DNA from: Microcoleus sp.
GTDB lineage: Bacteria > Cyanobacteriota > Cyanobacteriia > Cyanobacteriales > Microcoleaceae
DNA: 64,000 nucleotides
NCBI GenBank assembly: GCA_052279835.1
Contig: CP181291.1
Coordinates: 6,112,001-6,176,000, forward strand
Reading direction: 5' to 3'
Shown here in pieces: positions 1 through 11,500 of this stretch. Positions within the stretch are counted from its first letter, which is position 1. The number at the start of each line of letters is the position of its first letter. Position numbers and translations under genes: made by a program. The notes under the pieces are model-generated. The model searched no databases. It was not told where the DNA came from and saw nothing but the letters and a program-made list of their open reading frames with translations.

Positions 1-61
1 GCTTTCAAGGCTGATTTTTCCGCTGTTAGAAGACTTGCTAAAAAAATTTTTGTAAAAAGTC

Positions 62-90
62 TTGACAGGGTTGGCTGAGTCGGCTAGAGT
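62..90 (+). promoter_or_regulatory. sigma70-type promoter of the downstream sRNA
   Basis: TTGACA (62-67), 17-bp spacer, TAGAGT (85-90), about 7 nt before GTGTGAGGAG. Confidence 0.7.
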
Positions 91-97
91 AATGGAC

Positions 98-165
98 GTG
101 TGAGGAGCGAACCAGAAAAAGCACCGAGACGAAACACGGCCAGTCGTCGGTGCTTTTTCTGTTGA
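98..165 (+). ncRNA. yfr2: Probable Yfr2-family cyanobacterial small RNA
   Basis: 5' GTGTGAGGAGCGAAC. Perfect 15-bp stem CAGAAAAAGCACCGA (113-127)/TCGGTGCTTTTTCTG (147-161) with GAAACA in the apical part. Consensus promoter directly upstream and no ORF. Confidence 0.7.
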
Positions 166-366
166 AACCATTTTTTTTAAGTTTTAAATTATCAAAAGCT
201 GTTAATAGTTGGGTTGCTGGTTATGTGACTGAGGCGATCGCATTGGGCGTTGATGCTGGTAGGGCGATCGACCAACCAAAAACCTAGGTCATTAGCTGAC
301 CTGTCATGGGAAAATTAAAGTCTTCCTAAAAGAACGGGACTTTAGACTCAAATTTTTGGTAATAAA

Positions 367-1968
367 CTACAAACTTGGATTTTCTGCAACCCATTGAACG
401 ATCGCCTCAGTCAGCCCATCCAATGTATATTCCTTAGCTTCCACATCTAATTTACCCAATAAATTAGAGCAACTTTTGGAAGTTTCCGGCCCGATGGAAG
501 CGATGCAAACATTTTTCAACCAATCCTGATTGCGAGACAATTCTGGGCTTTGTTCAATCAGTTTACAAAAGTTTTGTACGGTTTTGGAACTGGCAAATGT
601 TATAATATCAACTCCTCGATTTTGCAGTGCGGTTAAGGCGATCGGATCGATGTTTTCGGGACAGCAAGATTGATAGGCTGGTGCTTCGATGACTTGTGCT
701 CCTTTGGCGGTGAATTCTTTGACTAAAACTTCTCTGCCACCACTTTCTACTCTGGGAAATAGGATTTTGCAGTTTGTAGGGGCGATGCCCCCGCGATCGC
801 CCTCCACGCCCTCCCAGGGGAAGTTTTCGACTAGGGAATCGGCGACAAAGTTGGGGGGAATAAAGTCTGGTTGCAAAGAGTGCGATCGCAAGGTTTCGGC
901 GGTTTTTTTGCCGACAACTGCAATTTTAATTCCGAACAAGCTGCGGGCATCTTTGCCACTGGTTTCTAGTCTTTCAAAAAAGTAGTCTACCGCGTTGGTG
1001 GAAGTGAGAATTAACCAGTGAAAGCTTGACAATTGGGCGATCGCACTGTCCAATGGTTCCCAGGTGGAAGGGGGACCAATAACTAGGGCGGGCATTTCGA
1101 TGGCGCGGGCTCCTTGTTGCTGGAGGCGAGTGGTAAATTGACCAGATTGAGAAGCTGCACGAGTGACTAAAATAGTTTTTCCTGCTAGCGGCAATGGGTT
1201 CTTATTAAGAGTGATATTTATGTCGATCATGTTGGTGCTTTCGGGCTGGATTAAATATTCGCGTAATCTTACGACTTCCCCAATAATTATCACACAAGGT
1301 GACAGAGATTCGCCTGTGGTTTTGGCTAGGATATCGAAGAGATAAGCGCTCCAAATGTGTTGTTCGGGGCGGCCGCAATCTCGGATAATGGCGATGGGAG
1401 TTTGGCTGGATAATCCATGCTTTTGTAATTGCCAAACTATCTCACCCAAATTGCGCCCTCCCATCAATATTACCAAAGTTTCAATCTTGACTAATGCTTC
1501 CCATTCCAGAGCATCAGGTTCGTGGGCGCTCATCACTGCAAAACAGCGGCTCATTACTGGATCGGTGAGGGGAATTCCTGCTAGCAATGGTGCAGCGAAG
1601 GCGGAGGAAATGCCCGGTATGACTTCAAAGTCACAGTCGCCTGCGATTAATGCTTGAATTTCGGAGCTAGAACGTCCGAAAATAAATGGATCGCCACTTT
1701 TGAGGCGGACTACTTGTTTGCCTCTGTGGCAATATTCTACTAGCAAACGGTTGATTTCTTGTTGTTGAGTTGAGGGTTTGCCTCCGCGTTTTCCGACTTC
1801 GATTTTGAGGCAAGTTACGGGGATTAATTCGAGTTGGGGGATATCGACTAGAGCGTCGTAGATTAAGACTTCGGCTTGGGAGAGCAATTTTTGCGATCGC
1901 ACTGTCATCAAGTCACAATCTCCTGGCCCCGCCCCGACTAGATAAACTTTCCCTTTTTGGTTTTTCAC
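367..1968 (-). CDS. cobA: Uroporphyrinogen-III C-methyltransferase / uroporphyrinogen-III synthase fusion (CobA-HemD)
   Basis: VYLVGAGPGD, RLKSGDPFIFGR and IPGISSA motifs, followed by a HemD domain (ILVTRA, LTSTNAV, FASSKTV, SIGPETS); GTG start. Confidence 0.93.
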   Translation of the reverse strand: MKNQKGKVYLVGAGPGDCDLMTVRSQKLLSQAEVLIYDALVDIPQLELIPVTCLKIEVGKRGGKPSTQQQEINRLLVEYCHRGKQVVRLKSGDPFIFGRSSSEIQALIAGDCDFEVIPGISSAFAAPLLAGIPLTDPVMSRCFAVMSAHEPDALEWEALVKIETLVILMGGRNLGEIVWQLQKHGLSSQTPIAIIRDCGRPEQHIWSAYLFDILAKTTGESLSPCVIIIGEVVRLREYLIQPESTNMIDINITLNKNPLPLAGKTILVTRAASQSGQFTTRLQQQGARAIEMPALVIGPPSTWEPLDSAIAQLSSFHWLILTSTNAVDYFFERLETSGKDARSLFGIKIAVVGKKTAETLRSHSLQPDFIPPNFVADSLVENFPWEGVEGDRGGIAPTNCKILFPRVESGGREVLVKEFTAKGAQVIEAPAYQSCCPENIDPIALTALQNRGVDIITFASSKTVQNFCKLIEQSPELSRNQDWLKNVCIASIGPETSKSCSNLLGKLDVEAKEYTLDGLTEAIVQWVAENPSL

Positions 1969-2022
1969 GATTTTGCCTCCGTGGTATACTTGATATTAAA
2001 ATTGTCGGTTATATTTGATTTT

Positions 2023-5000
2023 ATGCAGATTATCATCATTACGGCCGCCGATGCAAATTACTTTGAACTGGTGCGAGGCACTATTTTATCGGTGCGGGAA
2101 AAACCAGAGGGGGAAAATGTGGCGATCGGCTTTTTCGATCTCGGCTGCACTCCCGAACAATTACAATGGCTAGAAACACAAGTTAATATCATTCAAAAAC
2201 CCGATTGGGACTTTGAATTTCCCGCCAAAAATGAAGCCCCTCACTATCTAAAAGGACTTTTAGCACGTCCGTTTTTGCGCCAATACTTCCCAAATTTTGA
2301 CATCTATCTTTGGATAGATGCCGATGCTTGGGTACAAAGTTGGAAGGCTGTTGAACTGTTAGTTAAAGGAGCAGCAAAGCGGGGTTTAGCAGTTGTTCCA
2401 GAACTGGATCGCGGTTATTATTTAGCTTACGGCAAACTGTCTTGGTACTGGGAATTTGTTTATCGGGATTATCAAGCAGCTTTTGGGGAAGAAGTTGCCC
2501 AGAAATTGCACAGCTATCCTACCATCAATGCTGGTGTTTTTGCGCTGCACAAAAATGCACCGCACTGGGAACTTTGGGCAGAATATTTGGCCCAGGGATT
2601 GCAGCAGCACGTCTCTTTGATGAGCGACCAAATTGCCTTAAATCGTTTGGTTTATGGCACTGCACTCTTTGACAAAACAGAGATATTGCCGGCTTGGTGC
2701 AACTGGAGTTGCAACTTTGGTTTGCCCGTGTGGGACAAGCAGCGAGGTTGTTTTGTGGAGCCGTATTTGCCGCAGGAGGCGATCGGGATTTTGCACATGA
2801 CGGGTCACAAACACGACTTGGTAAAATTGGCAACCACAGACGGCGATACAATAGAAATCAGCCTCCGCTACCAACCCATTCAGCCGAAAAAAATGAGAGT
2901 ACAAGCACAATCGGAAACCACAAATAATACTTTATTGTCCGCCGGAGATTACATATCCCCCGGATTGAAAATCATCCTCCCAGATGCGTACTTTCCCAAC
3001 ATGATAGTCGGCGATACTCAGACTTGTCCGTGGCCTTATCTACGTCGAGAAATTCCTCACAATTGGTATGTCGATGGGCGAGCTTCCTCAGTCGGCTTTC
3101 TCAGTCGCGACGAAGCACACATCCTTTACAATACAGCCCTGCAATTTTCAGGTAAAAAAGCTTTAGAAATCGGCTGCTGGCTGGGTTGGTCAGCCTGTCA
3201 TTTAGCCCTCGCCGGAGTGACCTTAGATGTCGTCGATCCATTATTAGAAAGAGAAGACATCAGACAAAGCGTCATCGACTCAATTCAAGGCGCTCTCAAT
3301 GCGTCGGGAGTTCAAACCACCGTCGAGCTAATACCCGGTTACAGTCCCCAACGAGTCGAAGAATTTGCCACTCAATGCAATCGCAAATGGTCGTTAATTT
3401 TTATTGACGGAGAACACGGCGGTGATGGCCCCTTAAATGACGCAATTACCTGCGAAAAGTTTGCCGAACAAGATGCGATAATTCTGTTTCATGACTTAGC
3501 TGCTCCCGATGTTGCTAAAGGTTTGGATTACTTAAAAGCAAGAGGATGGCATACTGTAATTTATCAAACAATGCAAATTATGGGTGCTGCTTGGCGGGGC
3601 AATGTCGAGCCAGTCGCACATCAACCAGACCCTAATATTACCTGGGAGTTGCCAGCACATTTGCAGGGTTATGATGTTAGTGGCAATTCTCAAAAAACCA
3701 GCGAAATAAGTTACAAAAAACAGTCATATTATACAACCAATTTTTACGAATTAATTAGAGAAGGGACTCGCAATTCAGCTCAAGAAATTATTCCCTTATT
3801 GTTAGAATTGATGCAACCACTTAAGCCACAAAGCGTTGTGGATGTTGGTTGCGGTACGGGAAGCTGGTTAGCTGCTTTTCAAAGGTTGGGAATTGCTGAC
3901 TGTTTGGGAATAGATGGCGATTATGTCGATCGCACTCTGTTAGAAATTCCCTTAAATCAGTTCAAGTCTCACGACTTAAAGCAACCGCTGCAAGTAGAAA
4001 GAAAATTTGACTTGGCAATTTCTCTAGAAGTTGCCGAACACTTACCCAGTACCTGTGCAGAAAACTTGGTTAATTCTTTAACTAAACTAGCACCAGTGAT
4101 TCTGTTTTCAGCAGCAATACCATTTCAAGGCGGTGTCGAACACGTTAACGAACAGTGGCCGCAATATTGGGCTTATTACTTTCAGAAAAACGGTTTTGTA
4201 GTCATTGATTGCTTGAGAAAAAAAATATGGAACAATGAAAAAGTAGAGCCTTGGTACGCTCAAAATATCTTAGTTTTTGTCAAACAAGAACACTTGTCGA
4301 GATATCCAAAATTAGTAAATGAACATCAACACACCGATCTGAATCAATTAGCGATCGTCCATCCCAAAATTTATTTTTACAGCTTACAAGTGGCTGCAAC
4401 TTCTAGCAAAAATTCCCACTCAAACCATCCACAAAGTGTAAAGCAAGTCGCAGCTTCGCCGCAGCTTCCAAGTCAACCTTTGATTTCTGTGATTATTCCC
4501 TGTTACAATCAATCTCATTTTTTACCCCAAGCAGTAACTAGCGTCATTAACCAAACCTACAAAAATTGGGAAATAATCATTATCAATGATGGCAGTTTAG
4601 ATACTACTAGCACCGTCGCCAAACAATTGATAGCCGCCAATCCCCAGCATAAAATCATCTTAGTAGAACAAGTTAATCAAGGGCTGTCAATGGCGAGGAA
4701 TGCTGGGATAGCAGCAGCAAATGGCGAATACATCATCCCCTTGGATGCCGATGACATCTTAGTTGAAAATGCCTTAACTTGTCTTTTAGAAATCTGTTTA
4801 AAATCAAATGTACCTTGCGTAGCATTTGGTTCTTATCAAATGTTCGGTACTGAAAATCGCACCGTACCCAGTTACGATTTGTATTCGCCGGAAACTATCA
4901 AGCAATCTAACATGATTCATCCGTCTTCACTGTATCACAAATCAGTTTTGGATTCGGTCAGCGGTTACAAAGCTGAAATGAAAGAAGGTTATGAGGATTG

Positions 5001-5214
5001 GGAGTTTTGGGTTAACTGTCACAAGCACAGCATTCCGTTTTTTGGAACTAGAGAAGTCGTTGTTAACTATCGTCGCGCTCATGGTTCTATGTTAGAAAAA
5101 GCTCAACCATACCATCATAAATTGGTAGCACAAATTGTTTCTTACAATCCAGAACTATACGATATTGAAAGTGTAAACAGTGCTAACAGACTATTGGAAT
5201 CAATCGCAAATTAA
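2023..5214 (+). CDS. Four-domain protein: GT-A-fold glycosyltransferase + two class I SAM methyltransferases + GT2 glycosyltransferase
   Basis: WIDADAW (DxD); LEIGCWLGWS...IFIDGEH; VVDVGCGTG...SLEVAEH; ISVIIPCYN...INDGS...ARNAG...PLDADD...YEDWEFW. ATG at 2023 preferred over the ORF-track start at 1957. Confidence 0.85.
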   Translation: MQIIIITAADANYFELVRGTILSVREKPEGENVAIGFFDLGCTPEQLQWLETQVNIIQKPDWDFEFPAKNEAPHYLKGLLARPFLRQYFPNFDIYLWIDADAWVQSWKAVELLVKGAAKRGLAVVPELDRGYYLAYGKLSWYWEFVYRDYQAAFGEEVAQKLHSYPTINAGVFALHKNAPHWELWAEYLAQGLQQHVSLMSDQIALNRLVYGTALFDKTEILPAWCNWSCNFGLPVWDKQRGCFVEPYLPQEAIGILHMTGHKHDLVKLATTDGDTIEISLRYQPIQPKKMRVQAQSETTNNTLLSAGDYISPGLKIILPDAYFPNMIVGDTQTCPWPYLRREIPHNWYVDGRASSVGFLSRDEAHILYNTALQFSGKKALEIGCWLGWSACHLALAGVTLDVVDPLLEREDIRQSVIDSIQGALNASGVQTTVELIPGYSPQRVEEFATQCNRKWSLIFIDGEHGGDGPLNDAITCEKFAEQDAIILFHDLAAPDVAKGLDYLKARGWHTVIYQTMQIMGAAWRGNVEPVAHQPDPNITWELPAHLQGYDVSGNSQKTSEISYKKQSYYTTNFYELIREGTRNSAQEIIPLLLELMQPLKPQSVVDVGCGTGSWLAAFQRLGIADCLGIDGDYVDRTLLEIPLNQFKSHDLKQPLQVERKFDLAISLEVAEHLPSTCAENLVNSLTKLAPVILFSAAIPFQGGVEHVNEQWPQYWAYYFQKNGFVVIDCLRKKIWNNEKVEPWYAQNILVFVKQEHLSRYPKLVNEHQHTDLNQLAIVHPKIYFYSLQVAATSSKNSHSNHPQSVKQVAASPQLPSQPLISVIIPCYNQSHFLPQAVTSVINQTYKNWEIIIINDGSLDTTSTVAKQLIAANPQHKIILVEQVNQGLSMARNAGIAAANGEYIIPLDADDILVENALTCLLEICLKSNVPCVAFGSYQMFGTENRTVPSYDLYSPETIKQSNMIHPSSLYHKSVLDSVSGYKAEMKEGYEDWEFWVNCHKHSIPFFGTREVVVNYRRAHGSMLEKAQPYHHKLVAQIVSYNPELYDIESVNSANRLLESIAN

Positions 5215-5227
5215 TCTTTTTTATCTG

Positions 5228-5499
5228 GTAGGGTGCGTCGCTGCTATATTTTTGATTTTAATTGCAGATTGTCGAGTGCGACGCACCTTACAGTATCTAT
5301 CGGTGGATTGAAATTGTAATTTCAACCTACATTTTATATCAATTCTGGTTGTATCGGAATGATTTAACCGCGAAGGCGCGAAGGACGACCCCCCCCTGCC
5401 CCCCCCAAGGGGGGAAAGAGGCAGAGAAGAGAGAGTGAGAGGGCGGGTTTTTGAAATTGTTAGTTTTGGGGCGATTATTGTTGATGAACCCGCCCCTAC
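5228..5499. repeat. Cluster of REP-like palindromic repeats between convergent genes
   Basis: GTAGGGTGCGTCGC...GCGACGCACCTTAC (5228-5291); C/G-run palindrome at about 5389-5415; GAGGGCGGGTT...AACCCGCCCCTAC (5439-5499). Confidence 0.75.
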
Positions 5500-5504
5500 G
5501 GGAA

Positions 5505-8500
5505 TTATGTATATAGCCCGCCAATCACATCCAAAAAACGCTTAACCTGTTTTTCCCAAGTCCAATCCAACATAAAATTAGCCGCAGCTAAACCCCGACT
5601 TTTAGCTTGTTCCCGATTAGTATAAATTTGTTCCAAAGCCTCGACGACTTCATCAACCTCTGACTCTCCCCAGCCTTCTATACCTGAAAAATGAACAGTA
5701 GGTTTAACTCGTCCCTGAGTTGATAAAGGATAGCAATTATTACTATGAATCAAATCTAAATGACCCGTATTTGCTGATAAAATAGTAGGAATTCCGCAGG
5801 CCATACTTTCCATTGCAACTAAATTAGTGCCGCCTTCGCAGCGGTTGGTGAAAACGGCTGCATCGGCTTCTCGCAATATTTGTCCGGCTAGATGATTGGG
5901 AATTAAGCCAATGTCGATAAAAGAGTCAACAGGTAAACCGTTAGCTACTAACCATTGGGCAATTCCTAAACTGCCATCGCGGTTAATATTCGGAAATCCG
6001 ATGACGTTTCCGGTTTGTTCTATTCCTAACATATATTGAGGCCAGAAGTTGTGCCATGCTGTTAGTAATAATGCTTCGGGATGTTTTTTTTGAAAGCGTT
6101 TGTAAGCGGCGACAATAATATCTTGACCTTTGCGATATTCTAGTTTGCCACCGGAGAAGATGACAAAGCGATCGCCAAATAGATTAGATTTGGGTGCAGG
6201 ATGGAAAATTGCGGGGTCAATGCCTTGATTTACCATGGCGACATTAGTCAAGCCGTAGCTTTTCAAAACATCGGCATTCCAGTGGGAACCGGCGACGATC
6301 GAACTATATTTTTTGGCTTTTTCTAATGCTTCTGCTGTGATTCTGGTGTCTTCAAAAAAGATGACTCCCACTGGAAAGTCACTGGTAATTTGATTTTCCA
6401 CACCAGAGGATGCTAAATTATTGCCCAGGGCGTAAAGTGCTGGAAAGTTGCAATTGATTTGTTTGTCGGAATTGGCTGCTACTAATTTTTGAAACTGTTG
6501 TTGTTTTTCTAATAGTGGTAATAACAGCGATTTGTGCAGCGGATTGATAATTTCGGAGAGGGAAGGTGGTGCTAATAGTGCAACTTCCCATGCGGGATTT
6601 GTCACAAGTTGCAGTGTTAAATTCATGCCATAAATTCCCCAGCCACTGGTGACGCTGACTGGCCAGGTGATACCAATTCCTGTTTGTTTTGGGGGTGTTT
6701 GTGGGGGTTGAATTTGAGGCTGATTCTGTGGTTCTGCATTACCAGGCTGAGCCTGGGAACGAGGGCCTGTTTTCAAACCCGGAGATCCGCCCAGCAAGCG
6801 GGCGGGCACGGGGGCACCGCCCCTACAAAGGGGGGAGAATTCACTCAAAGTCCCCCTTTTTAAGGGGGATTTAGGGGGATCTGAATCTAATTGGAAAGCT
6901 TGAAAACACTCCCTAGGGGTTAGTGGGGGCGTTTCTGGGGCTTGAATTTGAGGCTGAGCCTGGGAACGAGTAATTTGAGGCGGAGCCTCTGGATCTGCGT
7001 TCCCAGGCTGAGCCTGGGAACGAGGGCCTGTTTTCAAACCCGGAGATCCGCCCAGCAAGCGGGCGGGCACGGGGGCACCGCCCCTACAAAGGGGGGAGAA
7101 TTCACTCAAAGTCCCCCTTTTTAAGGGGGATTTAGGGGGATCTGAATCTAATTGGAAAGCTTGAAAACACTCCCTAGGGGTTAGTGGGGGCGTTTCTGGG
7201 GCTTGAATTTGAGGCTGAGCCTGGGAAGGAGTGGAAATTAGGTGTTCTAAGGCTGTTTTTAGGCGATCGCACACTCCCTCCCAATCACCCGCTTTTTGCT
7301 GCCTAAACAGCCTGACAGTGGGATACCAAGGACTATCTTCACGCTCCAACATCCACCGCCAATCGGGCACAAAAGAGAGCAAAATCCAGACTGGTTTTCC
7401 TAAAGCACCGGCTAAGTGGGCGACAGCAGTATCTACACAAATTACTAAATCCAGTTGGGAAATAATGGCTGCGCTGTCGGCAAAATCTCCTAATTCTGGG
7501 CTCAAATCCTGCACTTGCTGTTGATTGAGTAAAGTGCGATCGCCCAGTGACAAGTCTTTTTGAAGGTTATAAAAACTCACTCCTGGCACGTTTAAAAACT
7601 TCCTAAAATCGTTCAACGTACAGGAGCGATCGTGATTTTTTCGGTGCAGCGGGCTACCAGACCAAACAATCCCTACTTTTAGTGTATCCTTGGGTTCTAG
7701 AGAATATTTAAAATCCTGTGGGGGAGCTAGATAAGGAATATTCACGGGTAGATTTTCTAAGGTAGTACCCATAATTTTTGGTAGACTCAAGAGTGGCGCT
7801 TGTAGTTGAAACTCTAGCAAATCCTTGGGCCTTGTTACTACACTATCTATGCCTGCAACTCCTGCAAATAAACGCTGCAAAGATTGATGACAAGCAACCA
7901 TAACTTTGCCGCCTTTTTGCTTAACTAAAGGTGCGTAACGGATAAAATGAATCGCATCGCCAAAACCTTGTTCGGAGTGCAGCAAAATAGTTTTTCCCTG
8001 GAAATTACCACCATCCCAAAGTGGTTGGGCGAAATATCGGGCTTCCAATTCTTGAGTTTGCCAGCGCCATTCATATTCAGCAAAACCGCGCGAAAAATTG
8101 CCAGTTGAAAGCAAGGCTAAGGCTAGTCTCAAATGAGTATGCGCTGAGTCTGAAGATAATTGAATTGCTCGATCGTAATATTCGATCGCAAGAGCAACTT
8201 TTCCCTCTTCTTTGAGGACACAACCTAAGTATAAGTTAGTTTCACCTTGATTGGGGTCGATTTCTAGGGCTTGTTGATAATGGGAAATTGCTTCGGATAT
8301 TAGCCCGTCTTCTTGTTGGAGATAGCCTAAATGACTGTGGGCTTCTGCGTGACTCGGATTCAGCGCAATTACTTGTTTATATCGGGCGATGGCTGCTGCT
8401 TTTTTACCCTGTTTGTTGAGAGCATTTGCTATGTGAAATTCTACCTGGGCGGGTGATAATAAATTAGACTGTAGGGTTGGTGGATGGTGCGTGCCCACCA

Positions 8501-11500
8501 TGTGTTGTAAGGCTGTTTTTAGGCGATCGAATACTCCCTCCCAATCACCCGGTTTTTGCTGACGAAACAACCGTGCTGTCGGATACCAAGGGCTATCTTC
8601 TCTCTCCAACATCCACCGCCAATCGGGTACAAAAGAGAGCAAAATCCAGACTGGTTTTCCTAAAGCACCGGCTAAGTGGGCGACAGCAGTATCTACAGAA
8701 ATTACTAAATCCAATTGCGCTATCACCGCTGCGGTGTCGGCAAAATCCTTCAAATTATCGCTTAAATCTGTGACGGGAATTTGATTTAATAAAGTGAGAT
8801 CGCCCGCCGATAATTCTTTCTGAAGACTGTAAAAAATTATTCCTGGTATATCTAACAATTTCAGAAAATAGCTTAAATCAGTCGATCGCATAAAATCTTT
8901 CAAATGTTCCGAACTCCCAGCCCAAACAATCCCTATTTTAAAATTGGGGCTTGAATCCAGGGACAAATTCCCGTCAGCAGGAGGCGACAAATAAGGAATA
9001 TTTGCCGGGATATTTTCTAGATTGGTTCCCAAAATATAGGGCAAACTCATCAGCGGTGCTTGTAACTGAAATTCCGGCAACTCCTCTACTTTAACTACTA
9101 CTTGTTCAATTCCCGGAATTGTTTGGAATAAACCCTTGAGTTCTCGATAGCAAGAGACCAATACTTTAGCACCTTTTTGCTGGAGAATGGAGGCGTAACG
9201 TACAAAGTGAATCGCGTCGCCAAAACCTTGTTCGCAACGTAACAAAATAGTTTTTCCTGCCAAATCAGAACCATCCCAAACTGGCTGTGCCAAAGGGAAC
9301 CAGTCCAATTGTTTTCCCTGCTCTGTTTCCCATCGCCATTCGTACTCAGCAAAACCTCGCTCGAAGTCTCCATTCAAAAGTAATGCTAAGCTTAAATTGA
9401 AATGAGCTTTAGCACATTTTGCATCGAGTTTCAAGGCTCGTTCGTAAGAGGCAATTGCTTTGGGTAGGTCGCCAATTCCTTCCAAAGCACTGCCTAGATT
9501 ATTCAAACTTTCCACACAATCTGGCTGCAAAACTAAGGCGGTTTCTAAATTATCAATTGCCGAGGTAAATTCGTGTATTTTTAAGTACAAATTACCCAAA
9601 TAATAGTATCCTTGCGGGTTGTCAGGTTCTAGGTAAATGCACTGTTGATAAAAGCGTTTAGCCTCTTCTGGCTGACCTTTGGCTTCCATTGTCACGCCCA
9701 AATTTATCAGTGCTGGCACGTAATTAGAAGTAGCAGAAAGCGCTTGCTGAAAATAAGCGATCGCACTGGAAAATTCTCCCTGCTGCTGGAGAATTGAGCC
9801 GAGATTGTTCAGAGCTTTGACATAGAGTGGATTCAGGGCGATCGCCTTTTGAAAACAAGACACAGCCTCAGCTATATAGCCCTGAGATTGGTGCAAAATA
9901 CCCAAGTTGTTGTATCCTTGAGGCGAGTCTGGGTCGATTTCTATGGCTCGCAAATAATATCTGGCTGCCTCAGTAAAATCGCCGATTTGGTGCAGCGTCA
10001 CCGCCAAATTAGTTGTAGCTGCTATCAAATCTGGCTGATAAACTAAAGCTTTTTTAAAATAGGCGATCGCCTCGGAAAATTTCCCCTGGGACTTCAGCAG
10101 ATTTCCGAGATTAAACTGTTGTTGAGCTAACTCTAAACTGGACTGATTTTCGATTAATTTTTCCTCTGGTTGATGCTCGCCAATCAGAGTTTTTAGTGCC
10201 AAAGCCACCCGCCCAAAAACCCCTTCCCAATCCCCGGCTTTTTCTTGTCGAAACAACCTCGCCGTCGGATACCAAGGACTCTCTTCCCCCTCCAACATCC
10301 AGCGCCAATCGGGGGTAAAACAAAGCAAAATCCACACTGGTTTCCCCAAGGCCCCAGCCAAATGCGCCACAGAAGTATCCATAGAAATGACTAAATCCAG
10401 AGCCAAAATGGCCGCGGCTGTATCAGCAAAATCATGCAAATAAGGACTTAAATCTGCTATTTGCATTGGCTCTAATAAGGTACGTTCTGCTTCTGGGCAT
10501 TCCTTTTGTAAGCTGTAAAACTCTACTCCCGGAATATCTAATAGTTTTACCACGCAAGTTAAGGGAAATGAACGCAGGTCATTTTGGGAATTTTTAGGAT
10601 TTCCAGACCAGACAATTCCTACTTTTAAGTTATAAGTTGGATGAAGAGTAAATTCTAGGCCTGGTGGCGGTGCTAAATAGGGAACCTGGGCGGGTATAGT
10701 TGCTAAGGTGGTACCCAAAAGGTGAGGCAAACTCATTAATTGAGCGCGGACATCAAAATCCGGGGCTGTTTCTGGATCGACTATTAATTGATCGATGGCC
10801 CAAACCTGTTCAAATAAGCGCTGTAATTGGGGCGAACACCAAACAATGACGTTGCCGCCTTTTTGCTTAACTAAATCTGCGTAGCGGATAAACTGAATCG
10901 CATCACCTAAACCCTGTTCTGGGCAAAGTAAAATAGTTTTTCCCTCCAAATCTTTGCCATCCCAAAAAGGCTGGATAAAGTTATTAGTGGGAAACTGTTT
11001 TTCTTGAACGAGCAGCCGCCATTCATACTCGGAAAAACCGCGTTCAAAATCTCCCATCAGCAGCAAAGCTAAAGCGAGATTTAAGTGAGCTTCTGGGTGA
11101 GTTTTATTGAACTCTACTCCGTGACTGTAGCAGGCGACGGCATCTGTAAACTGTCCTTGTTGCCGCAAAGCATTTCCCAAACCGTTGCAGGAATTAATTC
11201 CATCGGGTTGAAGTTCGATCGCCCGTTGGTAACATTCGATCGCCTCTGCCATTTTGCCCTCATCCTCAAAAGCCTTACCCAGATTGTTCAAAGCTGTTGG
11301 GAAGTCTGGTTTCAGACTCAAAGCTTGGTGATAGCAGGCGATGGCGTTGGCAATTTTTCCCTGTTTCTGAAACACAATTCCGAGATTACAATGAGCCTCA
11401 GCATGGGATGGCAATTTCTGAATCGCTTGCTGACAAACGGCTAGAGCCTCATCTAACTTTCCTTGCTGTTGCAGCGAACTCCCCAAACTAATCAGAGTTT

